From the NCBI GenBank assembly GCA_963706595.1, contig OY970166.1, forward strand, positions 5,280,001 through 5,344,000: 64,000 nucleotides of DNA. The letters are read 5' to 3'. Source of the DNA: an uncultured cyanobacterium. GTDB taxonomy: Bacteria > Cyanobacteriota > Cyanobacteriia > Cyanobacteriales > Nostocaceae. The notes beneath the pieces were generated by a model that had not been told where the DNA came from, ran no database searches, and was given only the letters and a program-made list of their open reading frames with translations. This document shows, piece by piece, positions 41,395 to 50,787 of the stretch. Made by a program: the position numbers and the translations under genes. How positions within the stretch are numbered: the stretch's first letter is position 1; each line of letters begins with the position of its first letter.

Positions 41395-42540
41395 TTACAA
41401 ATCTGCATCCTTAAGCGATCGCCTAGCCAACTTAGTGTAAGTTTTAACAGTAGCCACAGGCATTTCCAAATCCTCAGCTATCAGCCTTAAAGACTCGCCC
41501 ATTTCGCGCCGTGCCAAAATTGTAGCCCAAGTTGCCGCTATTTTATCAGTGCGATCGCCCCCCTGGCGTTTGCGTTGAGCCGTAAAAATAGCAGTTAACT
41601 CCTCAATGCGTTCTCCCAGGAGATTTGTGAGTAACTGCGTGGGACTGCTGGCTTCTGGTTCCACCCAACTCAGAGAAGTTTGTCCTAAACCAAAAGTCGT
41701 TTTATGTCCCGTTCCACAATAGGGAGCGAGTTTTACCAAAGCATAAAACAACTGGGTAAACTCAGTATTAGCCAAAGCAGCTTTACTTAACCCGCAGGAA
41801 ATCGCCCCAGTGAAACCTGTTACAGAACCTCGTTTACCAGCAGCAACCTTCACAGATTCCAAGCGGTGTTGATGAATAATCACACTTTCGTCAATCCAAT
41901 CGAGAAAATCAGCTTGTGATATAGGGATTTGGGAAAAATCATTCCAGCGCCGCAGATAGCTATGGAAGAGATTCACAGGTACTGGGAGGGGGAAATGATG
42001 ACCTTTGCGGCGAAAGCTGGTAGGTGAGATAAAGCTGAGATTGACCTGAGAGTATTTTGCTGGTGGTTGTAATAGTTGGGCGTAGGTGGTGGGTGGAAGA
42101 GAGATTCTCACCTGTTTTATCTGTAGAGTAGCATCTCTTAATTTTAGAGTTTGTGGCAATTGGGTTAACCATTGTTGGAGAAACTCAGCCACTTTTGCAG
42201 ATAAAGCGTTGACTTGCCAGTGTAAAATTTGGTTGGCTTCTAGTTGTAATTGTTTACCGGTGGGAAATAGTTGACTTTCTAGGGCTGAGATATTGAAGGG
42301 TTTTTCTGACTCGCCATCATGGAGATAGGCGGAAAGGTCTGGGTCAAGTTGTCGCACTTGGTCAAGAAACCAAGCATGGAGGGCGATGGTGTATTGGGAG
42401 TAGAGGGAACTGGTGGTAAGTGCTTCGAGGTCAAATTCTAATCCCACCAATTCGGTGTTATCTGCCCATGTGGGAGGTGTTGAGGTAGGTGATGATTTGG
42501 GCTTGGGTTGACGATTGGTAGGTTTAGCTGTTCTGAGCAT
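41395..42540 (-). CDS. cas6: CRISPR pre-crRNA endoribonuclease Cas6 with C-terminal HTH extension
   Basis: F.SPTSFR, G-loop GTGHKTTFGLG; C-terminal GESLRLIAEDLEMPVATVKTY. Confidence 0.92.
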   Translation of the reverse strand: MLRTAKPTNRQPKPKSSPTSTPPTWADNTELVGLEFDLEALTTSSLYSQYTIALHAWFLDQVRQLDPDLSAYLHDGESEKPFNISALESQLFPTGKQLQLEANQILHWQVNALSAKVAEFLQQWLTQLPQTLKLRDATLQIKQVRISLPPTTYAQLLQPPAKYSQVNLSFISPTSFRRKGHHFPLPVPVNLFHSYLRRWNDFSQIPISQADFLDWIDESVIIHQHRLESVKVAAGKRGSVTGFTGAISCGLSKAALANTEFTQLFYALVKLAPYCGTGHKTTFGLGQTSLSWVEPEASSPTQLLTNLLGERIEELTAIFTAQRKRQGGDRTDKIAATWATILARREMGESLRLIAEDLEMPVATVKTYTKLARRSLKDADL

Positions 42541-42579
42541 TACCGATTTCTATGCAAGTGTTGTTGAGTATTTTACTCT

Positions 42580-43211
42580 GTTTCCGTCCCCTTGCGGGGA
42601 ATATTTAAGCGGAAATTTGGGGAAACTGTATCTGGGTTAAGATGGTCAAAGGGTTTCCATCCCCTTGCGGGGAATATTTAAGCGGAAAGTCAAAGTTGTT
42701 CCCAACCGTCCTAGACACGCCATACTGTTTCCATCCCCTTGCGGGGAATATATAAGCGGAAAGCACGGTTACGCTGTTCTTAGCGTTTTGGGTTACTCGT
42801 TTCCATCCCCTTGCGGGGAATATATAAGCGGAAAGTATATTTCGCCTCAAAAGAAATTTTTGATAAGTTCTTGCACGCGTTTCCATCCCCTTGCGGGGAA
42901 TATATAAGGGGAAAGTCTACGAAGAGGCGATCGCGGAAGGAAAGATCAAACCACAGTTTCCATCCCCTTGCGGGGAATATTTTAGCGGAAAGTCCTAAAC
43001 AGTTTTGAATCTCTCTACCGTCAATTTGGTTTCCATCCCCTTGCGGGGAATATATAAGCGGAAAGGCATACATCAACTATGGGGGTAAGCTGCTGTTGAA
43101 GATGTTTCCATCCCCTTGCGGGGAATATTTTAGCGGAAAAATGCGAATCATTCCAAGATGCGATCGCAAAAGAAAGTTTCCATCCCCTTGCGGGGAATAT
43201 TTTAGCGGAAA
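42580..43211 (-). CRISPR. CRISPR array 1: 9 repeats, 8 spacers; minus-strand repeat TTTCCGCT(T/A)A(T/A)ATATTCCCCGCAAGGGGATGGAAAC
   Basis: Repeats start at 42580, 42653, 42727, 42799, 42879, 42956, 43029, 43104, 43176; unique 36-44 nt spacers. Confidence 0.97.
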
Positions 43212-43405
43212 AACCGCCATCTGAAACGTAATATCTGAGCAGGTTCTAGAGGCGAAATTGGCAAACCTATTTTAGCTGACCAAGAAATCAACCTGAAACA
43301 CTGCTAACAGAAACAGTGGAAACTCTATAACTATTGAATTATCAAGGTTCTGGCGATTTGGCGAACCCCCCAGGGTTTTTGACCTCACTATAGGTCTGCC
43401 AAAAA
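43212..43405 (-). promoter_or_regulatory. Leader of CRISPR array 1
   Basis: Non-coding, with the internally repeated TTGGCAGACCTA / TTGGCAAACCTA motif seen in cyanobacterial leaders. Confidence 0.6.
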
Positions 43406-43511
43406 TCAAGCTAATAAAAATCATAAACCGATTGTTTGAGCTTGTCCAGTATTTAATCAAACATCACAGCCCAGACATTTCTATACAGCTTGGGGGTAGG
43501 GTGCGATGAAT

Positions 43512-44450
43512 TTATTCAACACCTTCCTGGTTTAATTCCTGCTGAAACTCAGAAATTGACCTTGTAATACTAGCCTTTTTTAACAATGGCTTCAGCCGAG
43601 CATGATCATAAATTTGATTGAGTTGTTCAACCAATTCGGGAGGAACATGATTAAATCGAGCTTCTAAAACTTCAGCTATAGACTGCTGGATGCCTTCAGC
43701 TATACCTATGCGTTCTATGCTTGTTATGTATGTCATCTCTTTTTCAGCCTCAAAACGCTTCAATTCAGTTTTGAAATTCAAGTCTAAATCCGGTGGTAAA
43801 GTCATTAATCTGTCCAGCAACCGGAATAGCTGAGAGATTTTATCTCTACTATAGCCTAACTCATACATTCGTTTAATCAGGCTCAACTTCCAGCGCAATC
43901 GACCTGTTAAATCTTGAGTTGTCGCTTGTGTCCGCAGGTGCGCCATCACCAGTACAGCAAAAGGACTATCACTTTGTTCTAATTCTAACCAACGGGCTTC
44001 ATAGTCCAGTAGTTTGACGATGGGAAATTGCAGACTCAGCCGACATCCCCAGCGTTCATAACTATATTCTTGCGATCGCCAACTTGGTTGATTATCCCCC
44101 AAAATTGCCAAGCTCACAACTTCTTGGTTATAACGGTCAAAAATTCTGTAATGGTACGAAAACATCCGTTTAGCAAAGTTGGGATCAACTTGACTTTGAA
44201 TTTCCAAATGTACCAACAGCCAGGTTTCCTTTCCATCATTTAGCCAAATTTTAATCAGCTTATCGACGACTTGCTTACCAACCTCAGATTCTCTCATCAA
44301 TTGCTGAAGTTCTTTGTCAAGAAACTCATAGCCTCGCGTCCAGTCAATTTCTGCTTGAATTTCTGGAAAAAAGAATGCTAGAAACGCTTCAAAATATTGT
44401 TCTACACCTTCCTTCCAAGCACCATCATAGTCGGCTCGTACTTCACTCAC
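43512..44450 (-). CDS. Rpn/YhgA-like PD-(D/E)XK protein with DUF4351-like C-terminus
   Basis: DYDGAWKE, FLDKEL, HLEIQ, RMFSYHYRI, YITSIER. Confidence 0.8.
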   Translation of the reverse strand: MSEVRADYDGAWKEGVEQYFEAFLAFFFPEIQAEIDWTRGYEFLDKELQQLMRESEVGKQVVDKLIKIWLNDGKETWLLVHLEIQSQVDPNFAKRMFSYHYRIFDRYNQEVVSLAILGDNQPSWRSQEYSYERWGCRLSLQFPIVKLLDYEARWLELEQSDSPFAVLVMAHLRTQATTQDLTGRLRWKLSLIKRMYELGYSRDKISQLFRLLDRLMTLPPDLDLNFKTELKRFEAEKEMTYITSIERIGIAEGIQQSIAEVLEARFNHVPPELVEQLNQIYDHARLKPLLKKASITRSISEFQQELNQEGVE

Positions 44451-44512
44451 AGTTATTTCTAGTCAAAGTAGCAAAAATATCATAACCCCTTTTGTGTACA
44501 GCAACCCATATC

Positions 44513-45154
44513 TCAACAGGCACATTTAACGCTTCTAATACTTCCATCGTCTTTGAGAGAAACGATTTTTACGTTCACTGTTTGTCCTTCCTGAAGCAAA
44601 CTAGCTTTCCTCGGTTCTCTCTCAGTTAATTTAATAGTTCCCAAAATCTCGTAAGTTACCTTATTACCATTGATTTTTGTAACTTTTGCCTCTAAGATTT
44701 GATCAACTTGGAAATTTTGGGATTCAAGCACTTTGGCAATTTCTTGTTGACGTGCTGATTCTACAGTAAATGCTGTGGGTGGGGCGATTTCGCCAATGGG
44801 TACACCTCCATCTTTGTAGTAACGCATCAGCCGAGATACCCAGCCTAATATTTGCAGTATGGTTTGAGCATCGGCTTTTTGCAGATAATCACTACAGGTT
44901 GCTTCTATAGTGCGGTAATATCCGAAAGTTTTACCACTGTGTCCAATTTGTTTACCATCTCTGACGAGGGTTTTAAGGTAGGTGAAAAACTTTACATTGG
45001 CATTGGTTTCATTTACTATACTCCGCAAATAGGCGATCGCCTTTCCTAATTCGTTAACATCGGTGTTTTCTTTTACCAGTGTTTGCGCGATCGCATGGGC
45101 AATTTCCCACTGTGTATTGGTTAAAGATTCCAAATTTAAGTCAGCTATAGTCAT
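44513..45154 (-). CDS. CRISPR-associated hypothetical protein: helical N-terminus plus S1/OB-like C-terminal domain
   Basis: Last gene of the cas operon (2-nt gap); C-terminal FQVDQILEAKVTKI...EGQTVNVKIV beta pattern. Confidence 0.6.
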   Translation of the reverse strand: MTIADLNLESLTNTQWEIAHAIAQTLVKENTDVNELGKAIAYLRSIVNETNANVKFFTYLKTLVRDGKQIGHSGKTFGYYRTIEATCSDYLQKADAQTILQILGWVSRLMRYYKDGGVPIGEIAPPTAFTVESARQQEIAKVLESQNFQVDQILEAKVTKINGNKVTYEILGTIKLTEREPRKASLLQEGQTVNVKIVSLKDDGSIRSVKCAC

Positions 45155-45156
45155 AA

Positions 45157-46161
45157 TTAATACATTCCTGTTGGCGGTTGGCGATCGCTGGGGTAACGTA
45201 GAATAGCGGCGAGTTCTTCTAGTTGCTGTTTCTCAATTAACCGTGAGTAAGCAGCTTGAATATGTTTCTGTTTAAATTGTGCTAACTTTTCCCCCGTTAA
45301 TTCATCAGATGCACTGATTTGATAAGATGAATAACGCTCTTTTAAACTTTGCGGTTGGGCAATTTTATCTATACTCACAGTCATGGTTCCCATACCAATA
45401 GGTTTACCGCCACCAACTTTTAAAGCTATGGGATATTTGGGGTCTTGTCCTAAAGCAATTAACAAAGTTCCTAATTCTTCAGGTAATAAATTTTTAAAGT
45501 GTAATTGGGTGATAAACGTGTATTCTCTTCCGGCTTGCTGTACGGCAATTCCTGAATTTTCACCTTTATCAATTGCCTTATTCGTGTTATAATAAAACTT
45601 CCTACCTGCAACCTTACCTTTGATAAAATATGCTTGATTTTCGTCGGGACGGGGACGATATAAAGAAGGCATAAATCCTGTAGAAAAATCCATATTTGTA
45701 CAGGTTGCATCATTGAAATCAAGTAATCCTTGCCAATTTAATGCCCCAAATACCCGACTAGCTGGACAAAGTTTTTCTTGATTATTACAAGGTAGGCGTT
45801 CTTGGGGAATTTTATCTCTATATCTATTAGTGACAACTGCTAAGGTACTATTAGTAATGGCTTCGTATACTGAGCGAATGCAGCCTTTCAGGGAACTTCC
45901 TTGAATTGAGAGTTTTTGGTCAACTCCCTGTACCATTGTTTTGATTAGGGACACTTTGCTGTCAATGTCGCTACCCATGACGACTAAGCCGGTGGAGACG
46001 TGCAAGGATGTCTGCACTTTGAGTTTAAGATATAAAGTACCATGCAGGCGATCGCTCAAATATTTGTGATGTCCCACGGGACGCTCTAAGGTGGGGCGTT
46101 CTTTGGGGAAGGAGACGAGTTCATAAGGTTTTGGGGGAAGTTCGGGACGAGTTTGTGTCAT
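45157..46161 (-). CDS. cas7: Type III-D Cas7-group RAMP
   Basis: IQGSSLKGCIRSVYE, LCPASRVFG, GRKFY, GGGKPIGMG. Confidence 0.88.
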   Translation of the reverse strand: MTQTRPELPPKPYELVSFPKERPTLERPVGHHKYLSDRLHGTLYLKLKVQTSLHVSTGLVVMGSDIDSKVSLIKTMVQGVDQKLSIQGSSLKGCIRSVYEAITNSTLAVVTNRYRDKIPQERLPCNNQEKLCPASRVFGALNWQGLLDFNDATCTNMDFSTGFMPSLYRPRPDENQAYFIKGKVAGRKFYYNTNKAIDKGENSGIAVQQAGREYTFITQLHFKNLLPEELGTLLIALGQDPKYPIALKVGGGKPIGMGTMTVSIDKIAQPQSLKERYSSYQISASDELTGEKLAQFKQKHIQAAYSRLIEKQQLEELAAILRYPSDRQPPTGMY

Positions 46162-46208
46162 GGATTTATTTCACGCAAAGGCGCAAAGGTTTAGAGGTGG
46201 AGTGTTTA

Positions 46209-46643
46209 TTATTTAATTGTTAAAGCTACAAAGTGTATTGTTGCTGTTTTTTTATCGATAAAATATCTTTGGTCGATATCTGTTTTTTCAGGTGGGATGT
46301 TTTTGGGAAAGCGTCTATCTTTGGGAGAGTTTAAATGAGCTTCTCGTTGTTGAGTTTCCCAATCTTTACCTATTTTAATAAATTCTGGGTCTTCTTCGGC
46401 GATAGTTAAAAGTAGAACTTCATACGTGTTGTTACGTTTCCGTTTCCATCTCAATTCGCAGTCTTCATTAAACATCTGTCCCTCAAGCATGGGGAAATGT
46501 TTTTCTTCGGGTGCTGTTTCCCAATTTTCACTAACTTGATGATTCCAACGTAAAAAATAGTAGCTATTTTCAATTGCTAATTTATCGATTAATGTTAGCA
46601 ATTCGGGAACTGATACAGATTTTTTAACCCCAACAAAAGTCAT
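46209..46643 (-). CDS. csx19: Csx19-like type III-D subunit
   Basis: Position between RAMP genes; EGQMFNEDCELRW motif. Confidence 0.65.
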   Translation of the reverse strand: MTFVGVKKSVSVPELLTLIDKLAIENSYYFLRWNHQVSENWETAPEEKHFPMLEGQMFNEDCELRWKRKRNNTYEVLLLTIAEEDPEFIKIGKDWETQQREAHLNSPKDRRFPKNIPPEKTDIDQRYFIDKKTATIHFVALTIK

Positions 46644-46698
46644 ATTACAACCCAACACATAAATAGTCTAAACTCCAGTCTTAACTACGAATTACGAA

Positions 46699-47640
46699 TT
46701 ACGAATTACGAATTAGTAAACTACTCCAAGACCTAACACCGCGTTCAAATAAATCATGAACAGTTCCTTCTCGCCAAGTGAGTTGTACACCAAAACCTAA
46801 ATCCATTAATTGGGCTGCGACAGGTGTATCTTGATGGTCTGAAGCGGGGAAACCATATAACTGTGCTTCTGCTGGGGCTAAAAATTCTCCAGCGCCTAAA
46901 AGGTAAGTGTGATTCCATTGTTTATCACTACCTAAAGCCAGAATTTGTTTATCTTCTGACAAAATGCAACCGGGATACTGCACCACAGCTTGAGTTAATT
47001 TCACTTTTACAGTACCTAAACCGCGAGATTTGGCGAAACCTAAACCAAACCAACCATCATTTAAGTCACGCAATACTAAGCCAATTAAACCTAACTGTCC
47101 CAAAGTGAAGTTTTTTAAATGTATTTTGGTGTGAAATTCGCCAGATGTGCAGACTTGATAATTAAATGGACCAACTGCTACAGAACCGAATACTCTATCA
47201 ATGGCTACACCGTTTCGTTCTTCAAGTTTTAATGGTATGGATTTATCAGGATAAGCATCTTCTATTCTCAATCTGCTGGCGATAGAAGTATTACCAAATA
47301 TTTGATCTGTGAAGGAAGAAAGTTTATAAATATCATGAGATGATTGTTTTTCTAGATATTTATAGTCATCATTTAATGGGTCGTTAGCCCAAGGTAAACT
47401 TGAGTTAGTTCTGGTTTCTTTACCCACAGTCCTAACTATCCTTTCCGCATGGGCGCGAATTGCACCTTTTAAGCTGCTTCCTGGTAAATATATAGAACGT
47501 CCCCCAGCGTGATAGGTTTCGACAAATTCCATATCTGGCTTTGTGGGGTCGGCTCCTTCTTTGCCTGATTTGATCAGAATTGGTCCATCGGGTATGATGC
47601 TTAAATGAATGGTGCAGTGGTTGACAAATCTTTTGTGCAT
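46699..47640 (-). CDS. csm3: Type III-D Cas7/Csm3-group RAMP
   Basis: LPGSSLKGAIR, NGVAIDR, GFAKSRGLG. Confidence 0.88.
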   Translation of the reverse strand: MHKRFVNHCTIHLSIIPDGPILIKSGKEGADPTKPDMEFVETYHAGGRSIYLPGSSLKGAIRAHAERIVRTVGKETRTNSSLPWANDPLNDDYKYLEKQSSHDIYKLSSFTDQIFGNTSIASRLRIEDAYPDKSIPLKLEERNGVAIDRVFGSVAVGPFNYQVCTSGEFHTKIHLKNFTLGQLGLIGLVLRDLNDGWFGLGFAKSRGLGTVKVKLTQAVVQYPGCILSEDKQILALGSDKQWNHTYLLGAGEFLAPAEAQLYGFPASDHQDTPVAAQLMDLGFGVQLTWREGTVHDLFERGVRSWSSLLIRNS

Positions 47641-47670
47641 GGCTAAATTTTATTAAGTAAATATTTCGGT

Positions 47671-48291
47671 TTATGCTGCTACTAAATTATTTAGTTGTAT
47701 TTCACACTGTTGGAAAATAAAATTTACAGCAGCAAATAATTTATCTAATTCATAAATGGTGTAAGGAGTGATATTTCTGATGAATTTATCTGCTTCTAAT
47801 TTACCAAATTGCCATGTTCCACCATTAGAAACTATACCATAAATAATAATGGGATATTCTTCATTTAGTTTTTGAGCAGCAATCATTTCTGCTAAACATT
47901 GCGCCCAGCCAGCCTCAAAGTTATCTTGCTTGGCTTCTACTAAAATGACATATGGTTTATCAAATACAACTTTTCCTAATGGGGAACGTTTAGCTAGGAT
48001 ATACTCAGGAAACCCGGATAACTTTTCGTCATAGTTGAATGACTGATGACTCCATAAAATAAAGTTACGACGGTAAATTTTCCAAACTTCTTTGAGTACG
48101 GGATAAATCAGATTTTCACAAATAGCAAATTCGGAGTTATCCACAACCCCATCCCGCATAATGGTTTCTAAATCTTCGCGGAAGTAATCAGATACTTTAA
48201 ACTCAACAGCACTGATAAAATTAGCTTCAGTGTAAGTTACTTGAAATGCTTTGAGAACTTCTGCAATGATTTTGTAATTACTAAAAGCCAT
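47671..48291 (-). CDS. Cyanobacterial PD-(D/E)XK-fold hypothetical protein (HsdR_N-like) inside the cas operon
   Basis: LVEAKQ, AQCLAEMIAAQKLN, YGIVSNGGTWQF. Confidence 0.7.
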   Translation of the reverse strand: MAFSNYKIIAEVLKAFQVTYTEANFISAVEFKVSDYFREDLETIMRDGVVDNSEFAICENLIYPVLKEVWKIYRRNFILWSHQSFNYDEKLSGFPEYILAKRSPLGKVVFDKPYVILVEAKQDNFEAGWAQCLAEMIAAQKLNEEYPIIIYGIVSNGGTWQFGKLEADKFIRNITPYTIYELDKLFAAVNFIFQQCEIQLNNLVAA

Positions 48292-48293
48292 AT

Positions 48294-49142
48294 TTACCTC
48301 TTGACTTCAGAATTATTGTTAGGTACTTTGCTTTTGAGATGATCAATTAATTTTTGTACCCAATGGTCTTTAAATTCCCTTGCATCTTCGTAGGCACTTT
48401 TGTCTCCCATGACCATTTTTTTGAGATAATCTAGTAATAACTCTGGTTGATCTGCGGGATAATCAAACCAAAGCATTTCTTTAATATCTAGTTTAACAAC
48501 TCCCAAGCCACGCAATCGCCCCCCACCCAGTGGTATCTGTTCTGTCTCAAATTGGTGTAACCCAATCATTAAAAGTCCCAGTTCCCATTCTGCGGCGTTT
48601 TCCACTACGGCTTTAAATTCAAACTGTGTCCCAGCAGGAACTACTTGGAAGTCATAGAGTTTCCCATCTGCGGCGGTTTCGGTGTCTCTGTCTATGGCTA
48701 CACCGTCTCTTTCTTGGTACTGTCCAAACCAAGTTTCAGGTAATACGGTTAAGTCCCGCACTTGAAATTTACTAGCTATCCAGGGTGAACCAAAAAGCAG
48801 AGAAATTAAATCAGTTTGTTCAATAATTTCCCTAGTTAAAGCCTCGTCATTATCGCAAGTTTCTTTTAATTCTTTCATCTCTTGGGAGGTAATTGACCAT
48901 TCCGCCTCAATTGCGGGATTTGCAGCAAAACTGGAATCAATACCTCTGAGGAAGCTTTCAAGGCGCGATCGCATTGCACCTTTGAAGCTAGATCCTGGGA
49001 TTAATGGTTTACCTAAAGCATCTTTCATCACTGGTAAATCTGAGCCGATGGGTTCTGTGGAACGTCCGGCGCTAATGCGTAAGGCTGTGATTGTGGTGAG
49101 TACGCCTGTTATTTCTAGGCGGTTTTTGAATGTGTCAAACAT
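48294..49142 (-). CDS. csx7: Csx7-type Cas7 RAMP
   Basis: MFDTFKNRL start, IPGSSFKGAMR, RDGVAIDRDT, LGGGRLRGLG. Confidence 0.82.
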   Translation of the reverse strand: MFDTFKNRLEITGVLTTITALRISAGRSTEPIGSDLPVMKDALGKPLIPGSSFKGAMRSRLESFLRGIDSSFAANPAIEAEWSITSQEMKELKETCDNDEALTREIIEQTDLISLLFGSPWIASKFQVRDLTVLPETWFGQYQERDGVAIDRDTETAADGKLYDFQVVPAGTQFEFKAVVENAAEWELGLLMIGLHQFETEQIPLGGGRLRGLGVVKLDIKEMLWFDYPADQPELLLDYLKKMVMGDKSAYEDAREFKDHWVQKLIDHLKSKVPNNNSEVKR

Positions 49143-49208
49143 AAGGTTGAGGGGTAGAAGGGAGGATTCATTCACGCAGAGGCGCAGAGACGCAGAGAGG
49201 AGAGATTT

Positions 49209-50342
49209 TTAGAGTTTTTCACTGCGTTGAACATGGTCGTGGGTTCCGTAGTATCGTAGGGATAAAATACCTCCTTCTAAAACTTTGCAGCTAATTCTGA
49301 GACTCAAATTAACCCGAAAATGATCTATGTTATTAGAATTTTGATATCGGGTATATTTTAGTGGTTGAAAAAGTACGCTAGTATCTCCATGAGATTCTTT
49401 TAATAATCCCGAAACTTTAGCAAGGTCTTGTTGTAGAGTTGCTTTCTCTTTTGGATCTCTAATTCTGTTGTAATCTGCTCTAAATGTATCTGCATATTCC
49501 AATCTAGGGAAGTCTAGTAAGTCTTTTGACAATAAGTTATTTTTAGATTCATCCCAAATTAAGTTTCCCCATGTAGATAAAACTTTCTTTTCATTATATT
49601 CACCAATTAACGCTTCGGGAATTCCTGTGACTTCTGATAAAGAAAGTCCTGCACCTTCAGCCATTAAAGCTAATTGAACGGTATAAGGTTCAATCACTGA
49701 TTCATCTACTTTTATCGGTAATCTCGGAATTGTAATTAAATTAGATTGTTTACCTTCAAATATGTAAATTATTTCGTCAGAATAGAACATCCCAATGGTG
49801 TTCATATAGCCTTGTAAGCTTTTAAAGCTACCAACTAGGTTAAAACAAATTCTGTAGCTATCTTTCAGAGGTAAAACTTCTTTACGCAACCACACAATTA
49901 GGTTGTCTATTCCTTCGGAAAATTCTTGAGTTGTCGCTGTTGACAATCTAGATGGTGTATAAATCTCTGTATTAAATAATCCCTGTTTTCGCAAAAATTC
50001 CTTGACAATTTCCGCAGTTGCTTTACCTTGTGCGGTATCGGTAGAAATTAACCAGTGAATATCTTGTTTTCCATCTGGTAATTTTTCTTGATATAATCCA
50101 TAAATTCCATTTAGTTCTGCACTAGCCAACCTAATCTGAGGAATTGAACATTTTTTCAGTTTTTCAATTGCTCTAGTTTTCAATGATTCAATTATTAATA
50201 TAACTTCTTTAGAAGTATTCTCTAATGTCAGGTTAGCAGAATCTCTCAGTTGGCTATACCAATCTTTTTCCGATTCTTCGGAACGCTTAATTTGATTTGT
50301 TAGTAAGCTAGTTCCAATGGTAGAAATAACAACTCGACGCAT
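49209..50342 (-). CDS. CARF (APE2256/SSO1393-type) + wHTH + RelE-like effector (Cami1-like)
   Basis: ISTIGTSLL, SAELNG, TDTAQG, NLVGSFKS, YIFE CARF motifs; C-terminal FRVNLSLRI...YYGTHD RelE-like domain. Confidence 0.8.
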   Translation of the reverse strand: MRRVVISTIGTSLLTNQIKRSEESEKDWYSQLRDSANLTLENTSKEVILIIESLKTRAIEKLKKCSIPQIRLASAELNGIYGLYQEKLPDGKQDIHWLISTDTAQGKATAEIVKEFLRKQGLFNTEIYTPSRLSTATTQEFSEGIDNLIVWLRKEVLPLKDSYRICFNLVGSFKSLQGYMNTIGMFYSDEIIYIFEGKQSNLITIPRLPIKVDESVIEPYTVQLALMAEGAGLSLSEVTGIPEALIGEYNEKKVLSTWGNLIWDESKNNLLSKDLLDFPRLEYADTFRADYNRIRDPKEKATLQQDLAKVSGLLKESHGDTSVLFQPLKYTRYQNSNNIDHFRVNLSLRISCKVLEGGILSLRYYGTHDHVQRSEKL

Positions 50343-50379
50343 ATTTTTTACTCCTAATTATTTGCTGAAATGTTTAAGC

Positions 50380-50787
50380 TCAATTTCCATCACGTTTATA
50401 TTTCAAATGACGTGCGCCATAGCCTAAGTAGCGGCGAATTAATTCAAGCCAAATGGGTTTAAAATCAGTTTCACAACAATCAGCAATTATTTGAGCAGCT
50501 TTTTTAATGTTGCTATCAATGTCTGAAATAATTCTTTCAGCTAGAGAGTCTTTACCTCTTCCCCATTTTCTATCTCTTCCTACTTGATAGCAGATAAAGT
50601 TTTTAATCACTTCTGCACTATCGGTGGTGTCAGCTACACGAACTAAGTTACGAAATTGCGATTCTTCTAAATCTCCATAGCTGGTTTTATCCAAAGCGGT
50701 TTTAATCCAAATAACTAAATCATCTTCAGTCTGACGTATACCTTTTTGGATTTTAAATTGTTTCTGTGCATCGGTTTCTTCACTCAT
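50380..50787 (-). CDS. Small subunit Cas11/Csm2-like
   Basis: SQFRNLVRVA, NFICYQVGR; helical; position after csx10. Confidence 0.7.
   Translation of the reverse strand: MSEETDAQKQFKIQKGIRQTEDDLVIWIKTALDKTSYGDLEESQFRNLVRVADTTDSAEVIKNFICYQVGRDRKWGRGKDSLAERIISDIDSNIKKAAQIIADCCETDFKPIWLELIRRYLGYGARHLKYKRDGN

Noticed and set aside
42605..43076. ORFs overlapping array 1 (and 57443-57958 over array 2)
   Set aside because: They are translations of CRISPR repeats (recurring SPQGDGN / FPSPCGE).
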